64,000 bases of DNA from Squalus acanthias (taxonomy: Eukaryota). Below the pieces are notes generated by a model. The model did not search any database. It saw nothing but the letters and a program-made list of their open reading frames with translations, and was not told the origin of the DNA. Positions 23,816 through 37,340 of this stretch are shown here, piece after piece. The stretch covers positions 53,136,001-53,200,000 of the forward strand of contig CM059438.1 in assembly GCA_030390025.1 (NCBI GenBank), written 5' to 3'. Position numbers and translations under genes: made by a program. Each line of letters begins with the position of its first letter. Positions within the stretch are counted from its first letter, which is position 1.

Positions 23816-24281
23816 GAGAGTTGGACTGACCTGAAGTGGTAGATAATTCATTAGATTTTCTCAGTTTGTCAGCCTTTGATTAAGGGGCCAATTTGGCATT
23901 AGGAAATTTTCCAGTGTCCCTGGTGCGCAGGGCATAGCCCTGCAAAATTGTTTGTTTTATGTCCCCATCCTCCGTCCAGAAAGTAGACACAACTGTGACC
24001 AGTGTCCAACCGTGGCCTCTGTCCCACATGAGCCCTGGTAACTGGCCCTTGAAAGATTGACCCAGGAAACCTATAACTAGTTGCATTTATATCTCTTATT
24101 TGTTGCTTGTCTTGTTTAAATTTTGTGGCTCTGGATGTTTGGAAAGGGCGATTCTTAGTGCTGTGACCTCATTGGTGGATAAATCCTAAATCAGATCTGT
24201 TGTATCAGCTATTGAGAAATAGGCAAATTAATGGGAGCTGGAATGATAGCCACAATTTTCTGAAATTGTGCCGATTACAGG

Positions 24282-25955
24282 ACTCCCCACTCCAACCCGT
24301 ACTCCCCCTCTCGCCCTCCCACCCGCACCCCCCCCCCCACTCCCGATCCCAGCCCTCCCACTCTCGCTCACCCCACTCCAAGCGCTCCCACACTCCCTGC
24401 CCACCAGCAATCCGAGCCCTCCACACTCCCAGACACCCCACGCCCAGACTCCCCACTCCCAGATTTCCCACTCCCAGACTCCCCACTCTCGCCCTCCCCA
24501 CTCTCGAGCTCCCCACTCCCAGACTCCACACTCCCAGACTCCCCACTCTCAGACTCCCCACTCCCAGACTCCCCACTCCCAGACTCCCCACTCCCAGACT
24601 CCCCACTCTCACCCTCCCCACTCTCACCCTCCCCACTCCCACACTCCCCACTCTCGCCCTCCCCACTCCCAGACTCCCGACTCTCGCCCTCCCCACTCCC
24701 AGACTCCACACTCCCAGACTCCCCACTCCCAGGCTCCCCACTCCCAGACTCCCCACTCTTGCCCTCCCCACTCCCACTCTTCCCACTCCCAGACTCCCGA
24801 CTCTCACCCTCCCCACCCTCCCCACTCCCAGACTCCCCACTCCCACCCTCCCCACTCCCAGACTCCCCACTCCCAGACCCCCCACTCCCAGACCCCCCAC
24901 TCCCAGACTCCCCACTCCCAGACTCCCCACTCCCAGACTCCCCACTCCCAGACTCCCGACTCTCACCCTCCCCACTCTCACCCTCCCCACTCCCAGACTC
25001 CTCACTCCCACACTCTCGCCCTCCCCACTCCCACCCTCCCCTCTCCCAGACTCCCAACTCTCATCCTCCCCACTCCCACCCTCCCCACTCCCAGACTCCG
25101 CACTCCCAGACTCCCCACTCCCAGACTCCCCACCCCCAGACTCCCCACCCCCAGACTCCCCACTCCCACCCTCCCCACTCCCACCCTCCCCTCTCCCACC
25201 CTCCCCACTCCCACCCTCCCCACTCCCACCCTCTCCACTCCCAGACTCCGCACTCCCAGACTCCCCACTCCCACCCTCCCCTCTCCCACCCTCCCCACCC
25301 CCAGACTCCCCACTCCCAGACTCCCGACTCTCACCCTCCCCACCCTCCCCACTCCCAGACTCCCCACTCCCACCCTCCCCACTCCTAAACTCCCCACTCC
25401 CAGACCCCCCACTCCCAGACCCCCCACTCCCAGACTCCCCACTCCCAGACTCCCCACTCCCAGACTCCCCACTCCCAGACTCCCCACTCCCAGACTCCCG
25501 ACTCTCACCCTCCCCACTCTCACCCTCCCCACTCCCAGACTCCTCACTCCCACACTCTCGCCCTCCCCACTCCCACCCTCCCCTCTCCCAGACTCCCAAC
25601 TCTCATCCTCCCCACTCCCACCCTCCCCACTCCCAGACTCCGCACTCCCAGACTCCCCACTCCCAGACTCCCCACCCCCAGACTCCCCACCCCCAGACTC
25701 CCCACTCCCACCCTCCCCACTCCCACCCTCCCCTCTCCCACCCTCCCCACTCCCACCCTCCCCACTCTCACCCTCTCCACTCCCAGACTCCGCACTCCCA
25801 GACTCCCCACTCCCACCCTCCCCTCTCCCACCCTCCCCACCCCCAGACTCCCCACTCCCAGACTCCCCACTCTCACCCTCCCCACTCCCAGACTCCCCAC
25901 TCCCAGACTCCGCACTCCCAGACTCCGCACTCCCAGACTCCGCACTCCCACCCCT
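24282..25955. repeat. 15-bp C-rich minisatellite (CCCCACTCCCAGACT variants) with a 542-bp higher-order duplication
   Basis: Direct reading. Identical ORF starts at 25057 and 25599 give the 542-bp offset. Confidence 0.95.
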
Positions 25956-27296
25956 CGCTGCATTACCATGTGAAAGCCTAGCCATGATTTTGCTAGACTG
26001 ATAAATCTAGGATTATATGTGGCACCAAGGCCCATGAAGACTAAAGCTTGGACAGCACTGCCTTAACCCATTGGATGTTCCTCACTGCTCAGCAGTGGGC
26101 TTTTGCTGCTTCTTTACAAGCACACATTTGATATTATGATGTGCATTTTTTCAGCAATCTCCTAAGTTCAATGAGCTGGTTTTATGTTGTGAATAGTTTC
26201 TGTGGGAGAGATTCTGGCTCGAACAGCACGTGGTACGAATGACCCAGTGAGAAATGTTGGAGGCTGCATGGCATGGCTGGGGATTGAGTAGCCTGTCAGC
26301 TTGGATTAATCGGTACATTTTAAATATCCTAATGCTGATTTATCGGATTGAATGTAGACTTGATAAGTGCCAGCAGTGACGGTTTAGCTTGTTGAGTTTT
26401 ATATGTAGTGATTCGGGTGCAGAGCTCCATGCAGCCAGGGCGCATCAGGAATTGGGGCCTGGAGGTCAGTGTGCCCGATTTGTTGCCAAGTACCCGATGT
26501 GCCCTCCATCACGTGAAGCTCTGGGCCGGGGCTCTAAATAGTAAAATTAATCCCTTAATTCCACAACATTACTAACTCTGATTTTTCAGCTAAAGGATAT
26601 TTATGACAGCTTCCTGCAGTTGGCTAAATGAAAATAAATGAGTTTAGGATCAACTGTGGTGTTGTTTGGGACCATCGCTGTCAGACAGGCGTGCTCCTCA
26701 GGATTTCTTACAGCTGGTGATATAAGGAAGGAAACAACGTGGGATTTGCTGACCTTCATTTTCCTGATTTTACTTAAAATAAGCTCTATCAACAACGGGC
26801 AGGTTACCAAATACTTCCCCCATAGTTTAGGGATCACCTTCCTACTTGGTGCTCCCAGCAGGGACCCTTGCCCACCGGCAGCCATAGTAGAAATTCAGGC
26901 ACACGATGTGTGTGATCTTCCAACCACGTCACCCAAATTTGCAATCTGGCTGCTGGCGTTCGAGGGTCCCCGTTGCAGGGAGGGCAGAAGCGACCCCCTT
27001 TAATTCGTCACTGCAATGTTAGGTGACCAGGGATACTGCAGTCAGGATTTCTGCCTCTAGGAACACAGTGCTAATCTCACTGTTAAATTTATCTTAACAA
27101 TGGCCAATAGAAATACTATTTTCTTCAGTTTTGTGCTGGGTGAGTTTGTTTGTTTCCTTAAGTTTTTCGCCAGCAGAAACCTGTCCAAGCAGCACATGCC
27201 TGCAGCAATGCTCATTTTGTGCCTCCCCCATGGTTTAACTCATCAAATGAAATCTAAGGAGCCTAACCCAACTCCAGAGTGGGTAACTAGGAAATC

Positions 27297-28820
27297 AGGT
27301 AGAGGAACAAAGTCAGAAGGAGGCCATTCAGCCCCTCGAGCCTGTGCTGCCATTCAATCAGATTGTGGCTGATCTGTACCTCAACTACATTTACCCACCT
27401 TTGATCCATGTTCCTTGATACCCTTACCCAATAAAACTCTATCAATCCATGTCTTGGAAATTTCAATTGACCCACAATCCAGAGATGAGAGAGTTCCAGA
27501 TTTCCACTACCCTTTGTGTAAAAAAGTGCTCCCTGATTTCACTCCTGAATGGCCTGGCTCTAATTTTAAGATTGTGCCGCCTTGTTCTGGATTGCCCCAC
27601 CTGAGGAAGTAGTTTCTCTGTATCTACCCGATTGAATCCCTTTATCGTTTTAAGCACCCCGATCAGATCATCCCTAAACCTTCTAAACTCAATGGTTTGG
27701 AACCCAAGTGTATACAACCTTTAAGTCTCGGTATCATTCTGGTGAATCTGTGCTGTATCCTCTCCAAGCCCAATATATCCTTCCCTGAGGTGCCCAAAAC
27801 TGAACAGCGTATTCGAGATGGGGTCTGACAAGACTCTGTACAACTGAAGCATAACTTCCACCCCTTTATATTCCAGCCCCTTGATATGAAGGCCAATGTT
27901 CCATTAGCCTATCTGATTACATTTTGTATCTGTGCACTAGCTTTTAGTGATCTGTGCACATGAACACCCAAATCCCTTTACTCCTCACAGTCCCTAGTTT
28001 CTCACCATGAAGAAAATATTCCAATTTGTCTTTTTCAGATCCAAAGTAGAAGCCTCAAACTTCCCCACATTGAACTTCATTTGCAGTTTTTCCTACTCAT
28101 TTAATCTGTGTACGTTTGTAAGTTTCTGCTCCCATCTACAACATTTACTGTGCCTCCTAACTTAGTGTCATCTGCAAACTTGGATATACAACTCTATTCC
28201 TTCATCCAAGTCATTGATATATATGGGGAAAGATGAGGCCCCAGTACAGATCCCTGGGGGAACGCCACTGTCACATCCAACCAATCAGGGTACATTCCCT
28301 TTATCCATACTCCTTTCTTAAATAATGGAGTGACATGTCATTTTCCAATCCAAAGGTACAATTCCCCAATCTGCACAGCTTTGAAAAATTACAACTAATG
28401 CATCTGCAATTCCCTTACCTTTCCCCTTCTAATACCCTGGGGTGGAAACCATCAGGTCCTGGACATCTGTCTATCTTAAGTCTTGTTATTTTCTCCATTG
28501 CCATTTTTTACTTATATTAAATCCAATAACTTCCTCCCCTTGACTGATTTTTAGGTTCCCTTGTACTGATGGTATCTTGTCCTCTTTCTCCACTGTGAAA
28601 ATGGATGCAAAGTATTCATTTACCAAGTCTGCCATTTCCTGATTATCCATTATAGTCTCACATGCATCTATCTCTAATGGGCCCACATTCCCCCTTACCA
28701 CTCTCTCTTAATATATTTATACAAACTTTCACTGTTATCACTGTTTGATATTCTTTGCCAGTTTTTTCATATTCCTTTTTTGACCTCTTATTACTTTCTT
28801 TGTATACCTTTGTTGTTTTT
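27297..28820 (-). mobile_element. Old CR1 LINE fragment
   Basis: Degenerate ORF2 peptides (RRFRDDLI, HFFTQRVV, MADLVNEYFASIFT). Confidence 0.85.
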
Positions 28821-29273
28821 TAACGGGTTTTCCGCTGCACTTATGGCGAATTAACGCCAGCAAAGCAGCAGCAAGCTCTAAGGAATTTTCCGGCCTCTGA
28901 TTAATGACTTCAAAATGTCAAGGTGCTTTCATTTAAGCCAGGAAGTGGGTGGGTTCTTCATGCACCAACATCAATTCAGCAGGAAATCAAATAGCTGCAA
29001 AAATGGGTGCGGGCCCACTGGAAGGGATCCACAGCCAAACTCCCACTCCACAGCCAACCTCCAACCCCACAGGCCCCGAGCGCACTGCTAACTCAGTGTA
29101 CTGAGCGCAGAAAGTCTCAGCTCTCAGCCAGGCCGTATTACATATCTCGTCTGATCCAGCCTGCTTTCCTCCAGGACCAGCAGATAGACAGAGAATCATA
29201 GTGGGAACCATAGGTCCTAGCTAGGTAGAGCCCAAATAGACAACAGGATAGATTTTACAAATTTGCCAATTGT

Positions 29274-30822
29274 CATAGAACCATAGAGTGATACAGTATA
29301 GAAGGCCGTTGGGCGCATCGTGTCTCTTTGGTAGAGCTATCCGATTAATCCAACTCCCCTGTTCGTGACCCATAGCCCTGTAAAAAAAAAATCCAATTAC
29401 CTTTTGAAAGTCACTATTGAATCTGCTTCCAACACCCTTTCAGGCAGCACATTCCAGATCACAACAACTCGTTGCGTAAAAAAAAATGTCCTCATATTGC
29501 ATCTGGTTCTTTGCCAATCACCTTAAATCTGTGTCCTCTTGTTACTGACCCTTCTGCCACAGGAAACAATTTCACCTTATTTACTCTAACAAGGCCATTC
29601 ATGATTTTGAACACCTCTATCAGATCTCCCCTTAACTTTCTCTGCTCGAAGGAGAACAATCCCAGCTTCTCCAGTCTCTCCACATAACTGAGGTCCCACA
29701 TAACTGAAGTCCCTCATCTCTGGTACCATTCTAGTAGATCTCTTCTGCACCCTCTCTAAGGCCTTAACAGCCTTCCTAAAGTCTGGTGCCCAGAATTGAA
29801 CACAATACTCCAGCTGAGGCCTAACCAGTGTTTTATAAAGGTTCCGCATAACTTCCTTACTGTTGTACTCTATGCCTTTATTAATAAAGCCAAGGATCCC
29901 ATATGTTGTTTTAACAACCTTCTCAACTTGTCCTGCCACGTTCAAAGATTTGTCTCTCTGTTCCTGCACACTGTTTAAAATTGTACTATTTAGTTCATAT
30001 TGTCTCTCCTCATTCTCCCTACCAAAATGTATCACTTCACACTTCTCTGAGTTAAATTTCATCTGTCATGTGTCTTCCCATTTCACCAGTCTGTCTATGT
30101 CCTCCTGAAATCTGTTACTATCCTCCTCACATGTCATCTGAAAACTTTGAAATTATACCCTATATATCCAAGTCCAGGTCACTAATATATATTGAAAAGA
30201 GCAGTCGTCTTAATAACGACCCCTGGAGAACACCACTGTATAATTCCATCCAGTCTGAAAAACAACCGTTCACCACTACTCTCGGCTTTCTGTCCCTTAG
30301 CCAATTTCGTATTCACACTGCCACTGTCCCTTTAATCCCATGGGCTTTAATTTGCTAACAAGTCTATTAAACGGTACTTTGTCAAGCGCCTTTTGAAAGT
30401 CCATATACACAACATCAACCACACTACCCTCATCAACCCTCTCCGTTACTTCATCAAAGAACTCAGCCAAGTTAGTCAAACATGATTTGCCCTTAACAAA
30501 TCTATGCTTACTTTCATTTATTAGCCCATAATTTTCCAAGTGCCAATTAATTTTGTCCTGGATTATTTTCTCTCAAAGTTTCCCCACCAACTGGCCTGTA
30601 ATTGCCGGGTTTATCCTTCTTCCCTTTTTTGAACAGGGGTGTAACATTTGTAATCCTCCAGTCCTCTGACATCACCCCCGTATCTAAGGAGGATTGGAAG
30701 ATTGTGGCCAGAGCCTCCGCAATTTCCACCCTTACTTCCCGCAGTAACCTAGGACGCATCCCATCCAGACTGGGTGACCTTTCCACTTTGAGCACTGCCA
30801 ACCTTTTAAGTAGCTCCTCTTT
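29274..30822 (-). mobile_element. CR1/HER1-type LINE fragment
   Basis: PGNYRPV, KSCLTNL, YMDFQKALDKV, MKFNSEKCEV, LVRPQLEYC. Confidence 0.9.
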
Positions 30823-32161
30823 GTCTAGCAGACAGAAAGTTCTGTAGAGCTTGCTGACTTCCGCACTTGAATTCCCAATATGCAATAAGCTCCATGCAGG
30901 GAGCCTTATAGTTTGCATCAACATTGATTGATCTCCTACTCTGTTTGCAAGACATTGCAGCAATTACTTCTCTTCGTGTTCAGCACTGGGTGTTTGTTTA
31001 ATACATGAGCTGCAGTATGAAATAAGCTTCATTTCCTTCCAACCTTGGGGAAGCATAAAAATAGCATCCTACATCTCGGCCGCAGGCCTCACAATTTGCT
31101 GTTTAATCTTCCTGAGTGATGGTGCTGAAAATCCAAATTACAGCGGCGAGATTGAGAAGGATTTCCACTTCATCCTTCGCTGTTATGAACTCCAGCCTGG
31201 AATCACAGTCTGCATTCTAAACAGCAGCACTGATAGATCAAACACTATGACTCACACTAATCTCTAAGCCTCAGTACTGATGGCACACTGATTACCCCAT
31301 CTCCAGTGTGCTCCGCAGTCAACAGAGTTGGGAGCTCCCGAGGGGCAATTGTGAAGCTTCATACTGATGACAGGCTGTCTCCATTGCCCTCACACCATGT
31401 ACGTGGCGCTGGTTATTAGTTGGAGATACCAATTATCTGCCACCTTATTATTGCCAACAAAAGGAACACTGAATTTCTACATCATTAAAACCTTTCAAAA
31501 TAATCACAAATCAAAAGATCAGGGGTGGGGTGGAGTAAATGTTCATCTTTAATACTCCTTTAGGAGAGCTTTGTGCTCCAATTGGGTATTCAGATGGATT
31601 GGCCTCATGGGTCGAGCACACGGACCCCTGTACATGAAGCTCTGTGAGAGGAGTGCTAGAGACAGCGACTTGCCTCCATGGTACATATCACATCCATTCA
31701 CACAAGGTTCTGCACCCAGAGCGCTCAGCAATATATTCTACTCTATAGTTTGACATCATTACTGGGACAGTGTTGCAGTGGGGCAGGACCATCAGCTGCC
31801 CTTCGCATCTGCCCCAACCGGACCCATTCTCCAGTTCATCCCGTATGCACGCCGGGATTCCTGCCGCCACTGCAACAACAACTTGCAGTTATATAGCGCC
31901 TTTAACATAGTAAAATGTCCCAAGGCTCTTCACAGGAGCGCTATCAAACACCGAGCCACATAAGAAGATATTAGGACAGGTGACCAAAAACTTGGTCAAA
32001 GAAGTAGGTATTAAGGAGCGTCTTAAAGGAGGAAAGAGAGTTAGAGAGGTTTCGGGAGGGAATCCCAGAGCTTAGGGCCCAGGCAGCTGAAGGCACGGAC
32101 ACCAATGGTGGAGCGATTATAATCGGGGATGCGCAAGAAGCCAGAAAGTAAGAATGTAAGA

Positions 32162-33321
32162 ATGCCAACATCTTCATGCACAAGTTCGAGCAAGACTTCT
32201 TTGCTGCACAGGACCTCCAACCAACGCTATACACCAGATACATCAACGACATTTTCTTCCTATGGACCCACGGCGAAGAATCACTGAAAAGACTACACGA
32301 TAACACCAACAAGTTCCATCCCACCATCAAACTCACCATGGACTACTCCTCAGAATCGGTTTCATTCTTGGACACACGAATCTCCATCAAAGACGGACAC
32401 CTCAGCACTTCACTCTACCGCAAGCCCACGGACAACCTCACGATGCTCCACTTCTACAGCTTTCACCCTAACCACGTTAAAGAAGCCATCCCCTATGGAC
32501 AAGCCCTGCGAATACACAGGATCTGCTCAGACGAGGAGGAACGTGATGGACACCTACGGACGCTGAAAGACGCCCTCGTAAGAACGGGATATAACGCTCG
32601 ACTCGTCGATCGACAGTTCCGACGGGCCACAGCGAAAAATCGCATAGACCTCCTCAGAAGACGAACATGGGACACAACCAACAGAGTACCCTACATCGTC
32701 CAGTACTTCCCCGGAGCGGAGAAACTACGCCATGTTCTTCGCAGCCTTCAACATGTCATCGATGATGACAAACACCTCGCTAAGGCCATCCCCACGCCTC
32801 CACTACTCGCCTTCAAACAGCCGCCTAACCTCAAAAGTACCATCGTTCGCAGCAAATTACCCAGCTTTCAGGAGAACAGCGACCACGACACCACACAACC
32901 CTGCCACGGCAACCTCTGCAAGACATGCCAGATCATCAACACAGATACCATCATCACACGTGAGGACACTACCCACCAGGTACATGGTACATACTCATGT
33001 GACTCGGCCAACGTTGTCTACCTCATACGTTGCAGGAAAGGATGCCCCGGAGCATGGTACATCGGCAAGACCATGCAGACACTGCGACAACGTATGAACG
33101 GACACCGCGCAACAATCGCCAGGCAGGAGTGTTACCTCCCAGTCGGGGAACACTTCAGCAGTCAAGGACATTCAGCCTCCGATCTGCGGGTAAGCGTTCT
33201 CCAAGGCGGCCTTTGAGACACACGACAATGCAAAATCATCGAGCAGAAACTGATAACCAAGTTCCGCACCCATGAGGACGGCCTCAACCGGGATCTTGGG
33301 TTCATGTCACGCTACATGTAA
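32162..33321 (+). pseudogene. Penelope RT C-terminus plus GIY-YIG endonuclease
   Basis: RYINDIF (degenerate YIDD), FLD, LYRKPTD, NVVYLIRC...WYIGKT, LRQRMNGH. In-frame TGA at 33214, after which the frame continues to ...GLNRDLGFMSRYM*. Confidence 0.9.
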
Positions 33322-33683
33322 CCCCACCTGACGTAGAGTCATCCAGACTCGAGTCATCGCTTGCTTGTTCTCTCTACACAGATGCGGCAGGACCTGCAGT
33401 GATTTCCAGCAAAAAAAGTTAAAAAAAAATTTGTTTTCCACACAGACCCCAGCATCTGCCACATTTGACCCCTTGTGACCCCACCTCATTGTCTTTGATG
33501 TATTTTGCTATTGTCTTTGATGTAATGTTTTCCTGACTGACCTGATTGGACACCATCCACACCTTTGATTGCCGTGATTGTCTCTCTGCCGAGGTGTGAT
33601 AAAGGGTAGTTAGAAAGATTAACTGTAGTTGTCTGGCATTGTTCTCTGACTATATATGCTGTGCCCATATGTATTTCTTCACT

Positions 33684-33720
33684 TCACCTGACGAAGGAGC
33701 AGCGCTCCGAAAGCTTGTGA
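33684..33720 (+). ncRNA. Minimal type I hammerhead ribozyme
   Basis: TCAC-CTGACGA-A-GGAGC-AGC-GCTCC-GAAA-GCTT-GTGA: intact core, stems I and II, palindromic stem III. Confidence 0.8.
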
Positions 33721-34460
33721 TTTCAAATAAAGCTGTTGGACTATAACCTGGTGTTGTGCGACTTCTCACTTTTGTCCACCCCAGTCCAACAGCGGCATCT
33801 CCGCAGAATGTAAGAGCACAGATATCTCGGAGGGTTGTAGGGCTGGAGGAGGTTACAGAGATAGGGAGGGGGTGAGTCCTTGAGAGATTTGAACACAAGG
33901 ATGAGAATTTTTAAATCAAGGCATTGCCGGACTGGGAGCCAATGTTGGTCAGCGAGCACAGGGGTGATGGGTGAACGGGACTTGGTGCGATTAGGATACG
34001 GGCAGCAGAGTTTTGGATGACCTCAAGTTTATGGAGGGTGGAAGATGGAGCAGCGGAAGAGGAAGCGAACGGCCTTAAAGGAGCAGAAGCGACTCAAAGA
34101 TCCTTATCACCGTCCCAATGAAGGCCTCGACCAAGTGGGGTCTTCGATAGGTAAGTGTTTGGGGCAGACTGCAGGGGATTAGAGGTCACTACAAGGCCCT
34201 CTCCAAGGCCTTTAATGCTGCCTCTCGGGGTCTATACCATCTTCTCCATGATGGCCCGGGAAGTGAGGGTAAGTCGGGTGGATGGGAGGGAAATCCTCCG
34301 GGGTCCTGCGCCCAACACCCTGCTGCATGCAGCAGGCAAAGGAATGGCCATCGGGGGGAGGGGACTCACCGGCCAAATCCCCCTCGTTCTCTGCTGCCAT
34401 CGCACCCAGTGTCGCAGAGGAGAATCCCCCTCCAATGATTTCTTTTATTGTGTTTACAAC

Positions 34461-34943
34461 CAACGTTCCCCCTAAGGTGCACGAGCGCATGGCTGTGCAT
34501 CAATCGGGAGGTCCCGCATGGGCCACTCACCAGCCACTGGAAAAGGCACCGCGCACGCAGCAAGTTTAAAGAGACCACGCACGCAGCAAGTTTAAAGGCA
34601 CCGCGCACGCAGCAAGTTTAAAGAGACCGCGCACGCAGCAAATTTAAAGAGACCGCGTATGCAGCAAGTTTAAAGAGACCGCGCACGCAGCAAGTTAAAA
34701 GAGACTGCGCACGCAGCAAGTTTAAAGAGACCGCGCATGCAGCAAGTTTAAAGAGACCGCGGATGCAGCAAGTTTAAAGAGACCGCGCATGCAGCAAGTT
34801 TAAAGAGACCGCGCACGCAGCAAGTTTAAAGAGACCACGCACGCAGCAAATTTAAAGAGACCGCGCACACAGCAAATTTAAAGAGACCGCGCACACAGCA
34901 AATTTAAAGAGACCGCGCACAGAAAAAATGAGAGGGAACATTG
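34461..34943. mobile_element. hAT-type MITE with internal 26-bp tandem repeat
   Basis: TIRs CAACGTTCCCCCTAA / TGAGAGGGAACATTG; perfect TSD TTTACAAC; about 14 copies of GCACGCAGCAAGTTTAAAGAGACCGC at 34542-34921. Confidence 0.9.
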
Positions 34944-35384
34944 TTTACAACCCAGGCTACACACACCTCCCAGTCATTCCCCACGGCTGCTGCAGCATTT
35001 TTAGAACACATCCTAACTTGGACAAAAATCCGTAGTCATTTAACTGGTGACTTCCATTTGAACAAAATGTATGAAGCAATCAGCCCTGATGCCAAGGCTG
35101 AAAGCCGCCCTCCTTAATCACAACACAGCGTGATTTACTGCTGAAGTTTCAACTTCCCCTTACACTGGCAGTCATTCTCACGGTTACTATGACTGCAGTG
35201 ATTTTACTACAACGTATCCCATCTTTGGAGAAAGACAATGTGTTAAATTGTACAAGTTAGCACCCCCAGCCCGGCGCACAGATTCCTGCAATGTGAGGGC
35301 ATATTTATTAAGGACAGAAAATTGTGGGGGTTACAAATCAGCTGTGCTGACGTCTGCAGCCAAATGATTTAATCTGATCAAAGT

Positions 35385-35725
35385 GTTCAAAATATTAAAA
35401 AGATTTGATAGGGTACAGAGAGAGAGAAATTATTTCCTGAACAAAGGGGCACAATCTTAAAATTAGAGCGAGGTCATTCAGGAGAGAAATCTGGAAGCCC
35501 TGTTTCACACAAAGAGTAGTGGGAATTTAGAGCTCTCTCCCCCGAGAGGCTGTGGGTGCTCGGTCAGTTGGAGCTTTCAAGACCGAGATAAATAGATTTT
35601 TGTCGGGTAAGGGCATCAAGGGATATGAGCAAAGGTGGGAAAATGGAGTTGAGGTGCAGATCAGCCATGATCTGATTGAATGGTGGAGCAGGCTCGATGG
35701 GCTGAATGGCCTCCTCCTGTGCCTA
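35385..35725 (+). mobile_element. CR1 LINE 3' fragment
   Basis: FKTEINRFLSGKGIKGY peptide and 3' stem-loop. Confidence 0.8.
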
Positions 35726-36031
35726 ATGCTCCTGTCACACGCAGCTCTGCTTCCAGACTGCCAACTCGTAAACCTTACCACGGCTGCTCCCCTTCCAAAG
35801 GACTTTGATGGTCACAATTCACTCATCTGTGTTCAGATAGTAAAAAAAACATGACATATGGTAAAATAACTTAACCAAAAGAAGCATTGCACATTCCAAA
35901 CACTCCTGTCTTTGTGAGGAACGTTGTCCCTCTCTCTTCCCTATGTCTAGGTGAATAACGTGCATTGAAGTGTGGAGCGGGTTCGGCAAAAGTTTTCAAG
36001 CTAGGGCTTAGAAAAGACCAATGGAAACTTA

Positions 36032-36907
36032 GGCCGCGATTTTGTCAATGGATGCGGGTTGGGAGTGGGTCAGGTGGTTTCTGGCTTCCAGTCCCACCCC
36101 CAACTGCATCCGGCCCACAGACGTGATTTTACGTTGATTGACCTTGTTAAGGTCACCCTGCGGGCTTGCCGGCCAATTAAGAAGAAGCCGGTCAGATGAC
36201 ATCATTTGATGACGCGTCATCTGACAGTTTTCTTAAAGGGACCATGCACAATTTGTTTTTGACAGCTCATTTCTCAGTGTTTGACAGCATTGAGGTGCTG
36301 CAAACACTGACAATCACTGTACAAAGGTGAGCTCTTGCACCCAGGTTCTCCAGTGACTCCCTCCATAGGCTGGAACAGATGGCAGCTGCAGGTGAGGTGA
36401 CAGGAGCGATCTGTCACTAGTGAGAGAGGGTCTCCCAATGAGGTGGCACTAGACATCATTTTCAAAACTTGTTACCGAAAGAAATGTGTAAATGCATTAA
36501 AAATGATTTTCCCAACATTTTCTTACCTCTGAGACTCACCAGTGCACCATTGAATCCTTCACACCACTTCTACAGCTGTCATCAATGCAGTAACATTACT
36601 GCAGACTCACAACATGCCACACTTACCTGGCGTGGTGTCCGGACGTCGGGAATCCCGAGGCAGAAGGGGCAAAATTAAAAAAGAGCCTGTCAACTACTGG
36701 CAACTATCTGTTAACAGGCAGGTAAGTGGCTTTAATCCTCTTCCCGCCGCTAGGTGTCGGATCCATGCGCAAATCGGGGACCCGACACTTGGGAAAATTG
36801 TTTGGAGGCGGGTTGACGGTGGGATCGGACCCCGCCGTCAATCAAAACGATTTTAACCTTTGACCCGCCTCCAAACCCGCCCTCTCAGTGCCGATAAAAT
36901 CGCAGCC
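36032..36907. mobile_element. Harbinger-type MITE
   Basis: TIRs GGCCGCGATTTT / AAAATCGCAGCC; flanks TTA / TAA. Confidence 0.75.
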
Positions 36908-37340
36908 TAAAGGTTTTTGGGGAATCTGTGGAAATAAGGCTGGGATGTGCTGGAAATCCCTACCACATGCTTAATACTGCAGGGTCAACTCTGTGAGACT
37001 GATCAGCAATTCACTCCAAACCACGTTTTGCAATTTCGGGAGCCAGAATGAAGATGCTGGGTAAGCTCCAGACTACCCTGAATTTCTGTAGGTTCTCCCG
37101 ATCTCATGCCCAGATGTTCCACTGACCTCCCACCAGAGATCCCCATGCAAATTCGAGTATACTAAATTAAATCCCACCGTATATCTCGATAAGTAAGGTG
37201 TAACCCCCTTTCTGTTTCTCTTCAGCCGCACTATCCCCTCTCTCAGTCTGACCAAAGCCTATCTGTTCCTCAGTATTTCACATTGTAATTTGTTGCTTTT
37301 TAATTTCCTTTTCCACGCCCAGTCATTTTTAGAACCCCTT

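Larger units (their letters stand above)
32162..33804 (+). mobile_element. Penelope-like retroelement, 5' truncated
   Basis: RT plus GIY-YIG ORF and 3' hammerhead; flanked by an 11-bp direct repeat AGAATGTAAGA (32151-32161, 33805-33815). Confidence 0.92.
31872..34050 (-). mobile_element. L2-type LINE 3' end (31872-32150 and 33816-34050) interrupted by a Penelope element
   Basis: HWLPVRQCLDLKILILVFK and SLSSFKTLL peptides; ggcgctatataactgcaagttgttg tail. Confidence 0.8.

Noticed and set aside
24200..26035. Long Pro/Ser/Gly-rich ORFs (up to 593 aa)
   Set aside because: Open in nearly all frames because the 15-bp repeat has no stop codons.
31565..31753. Possible host exon after a pyrimidine tract and AG
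   Set aside because: No recognisable protein in the one open frame and no convincing donor or partner exons.
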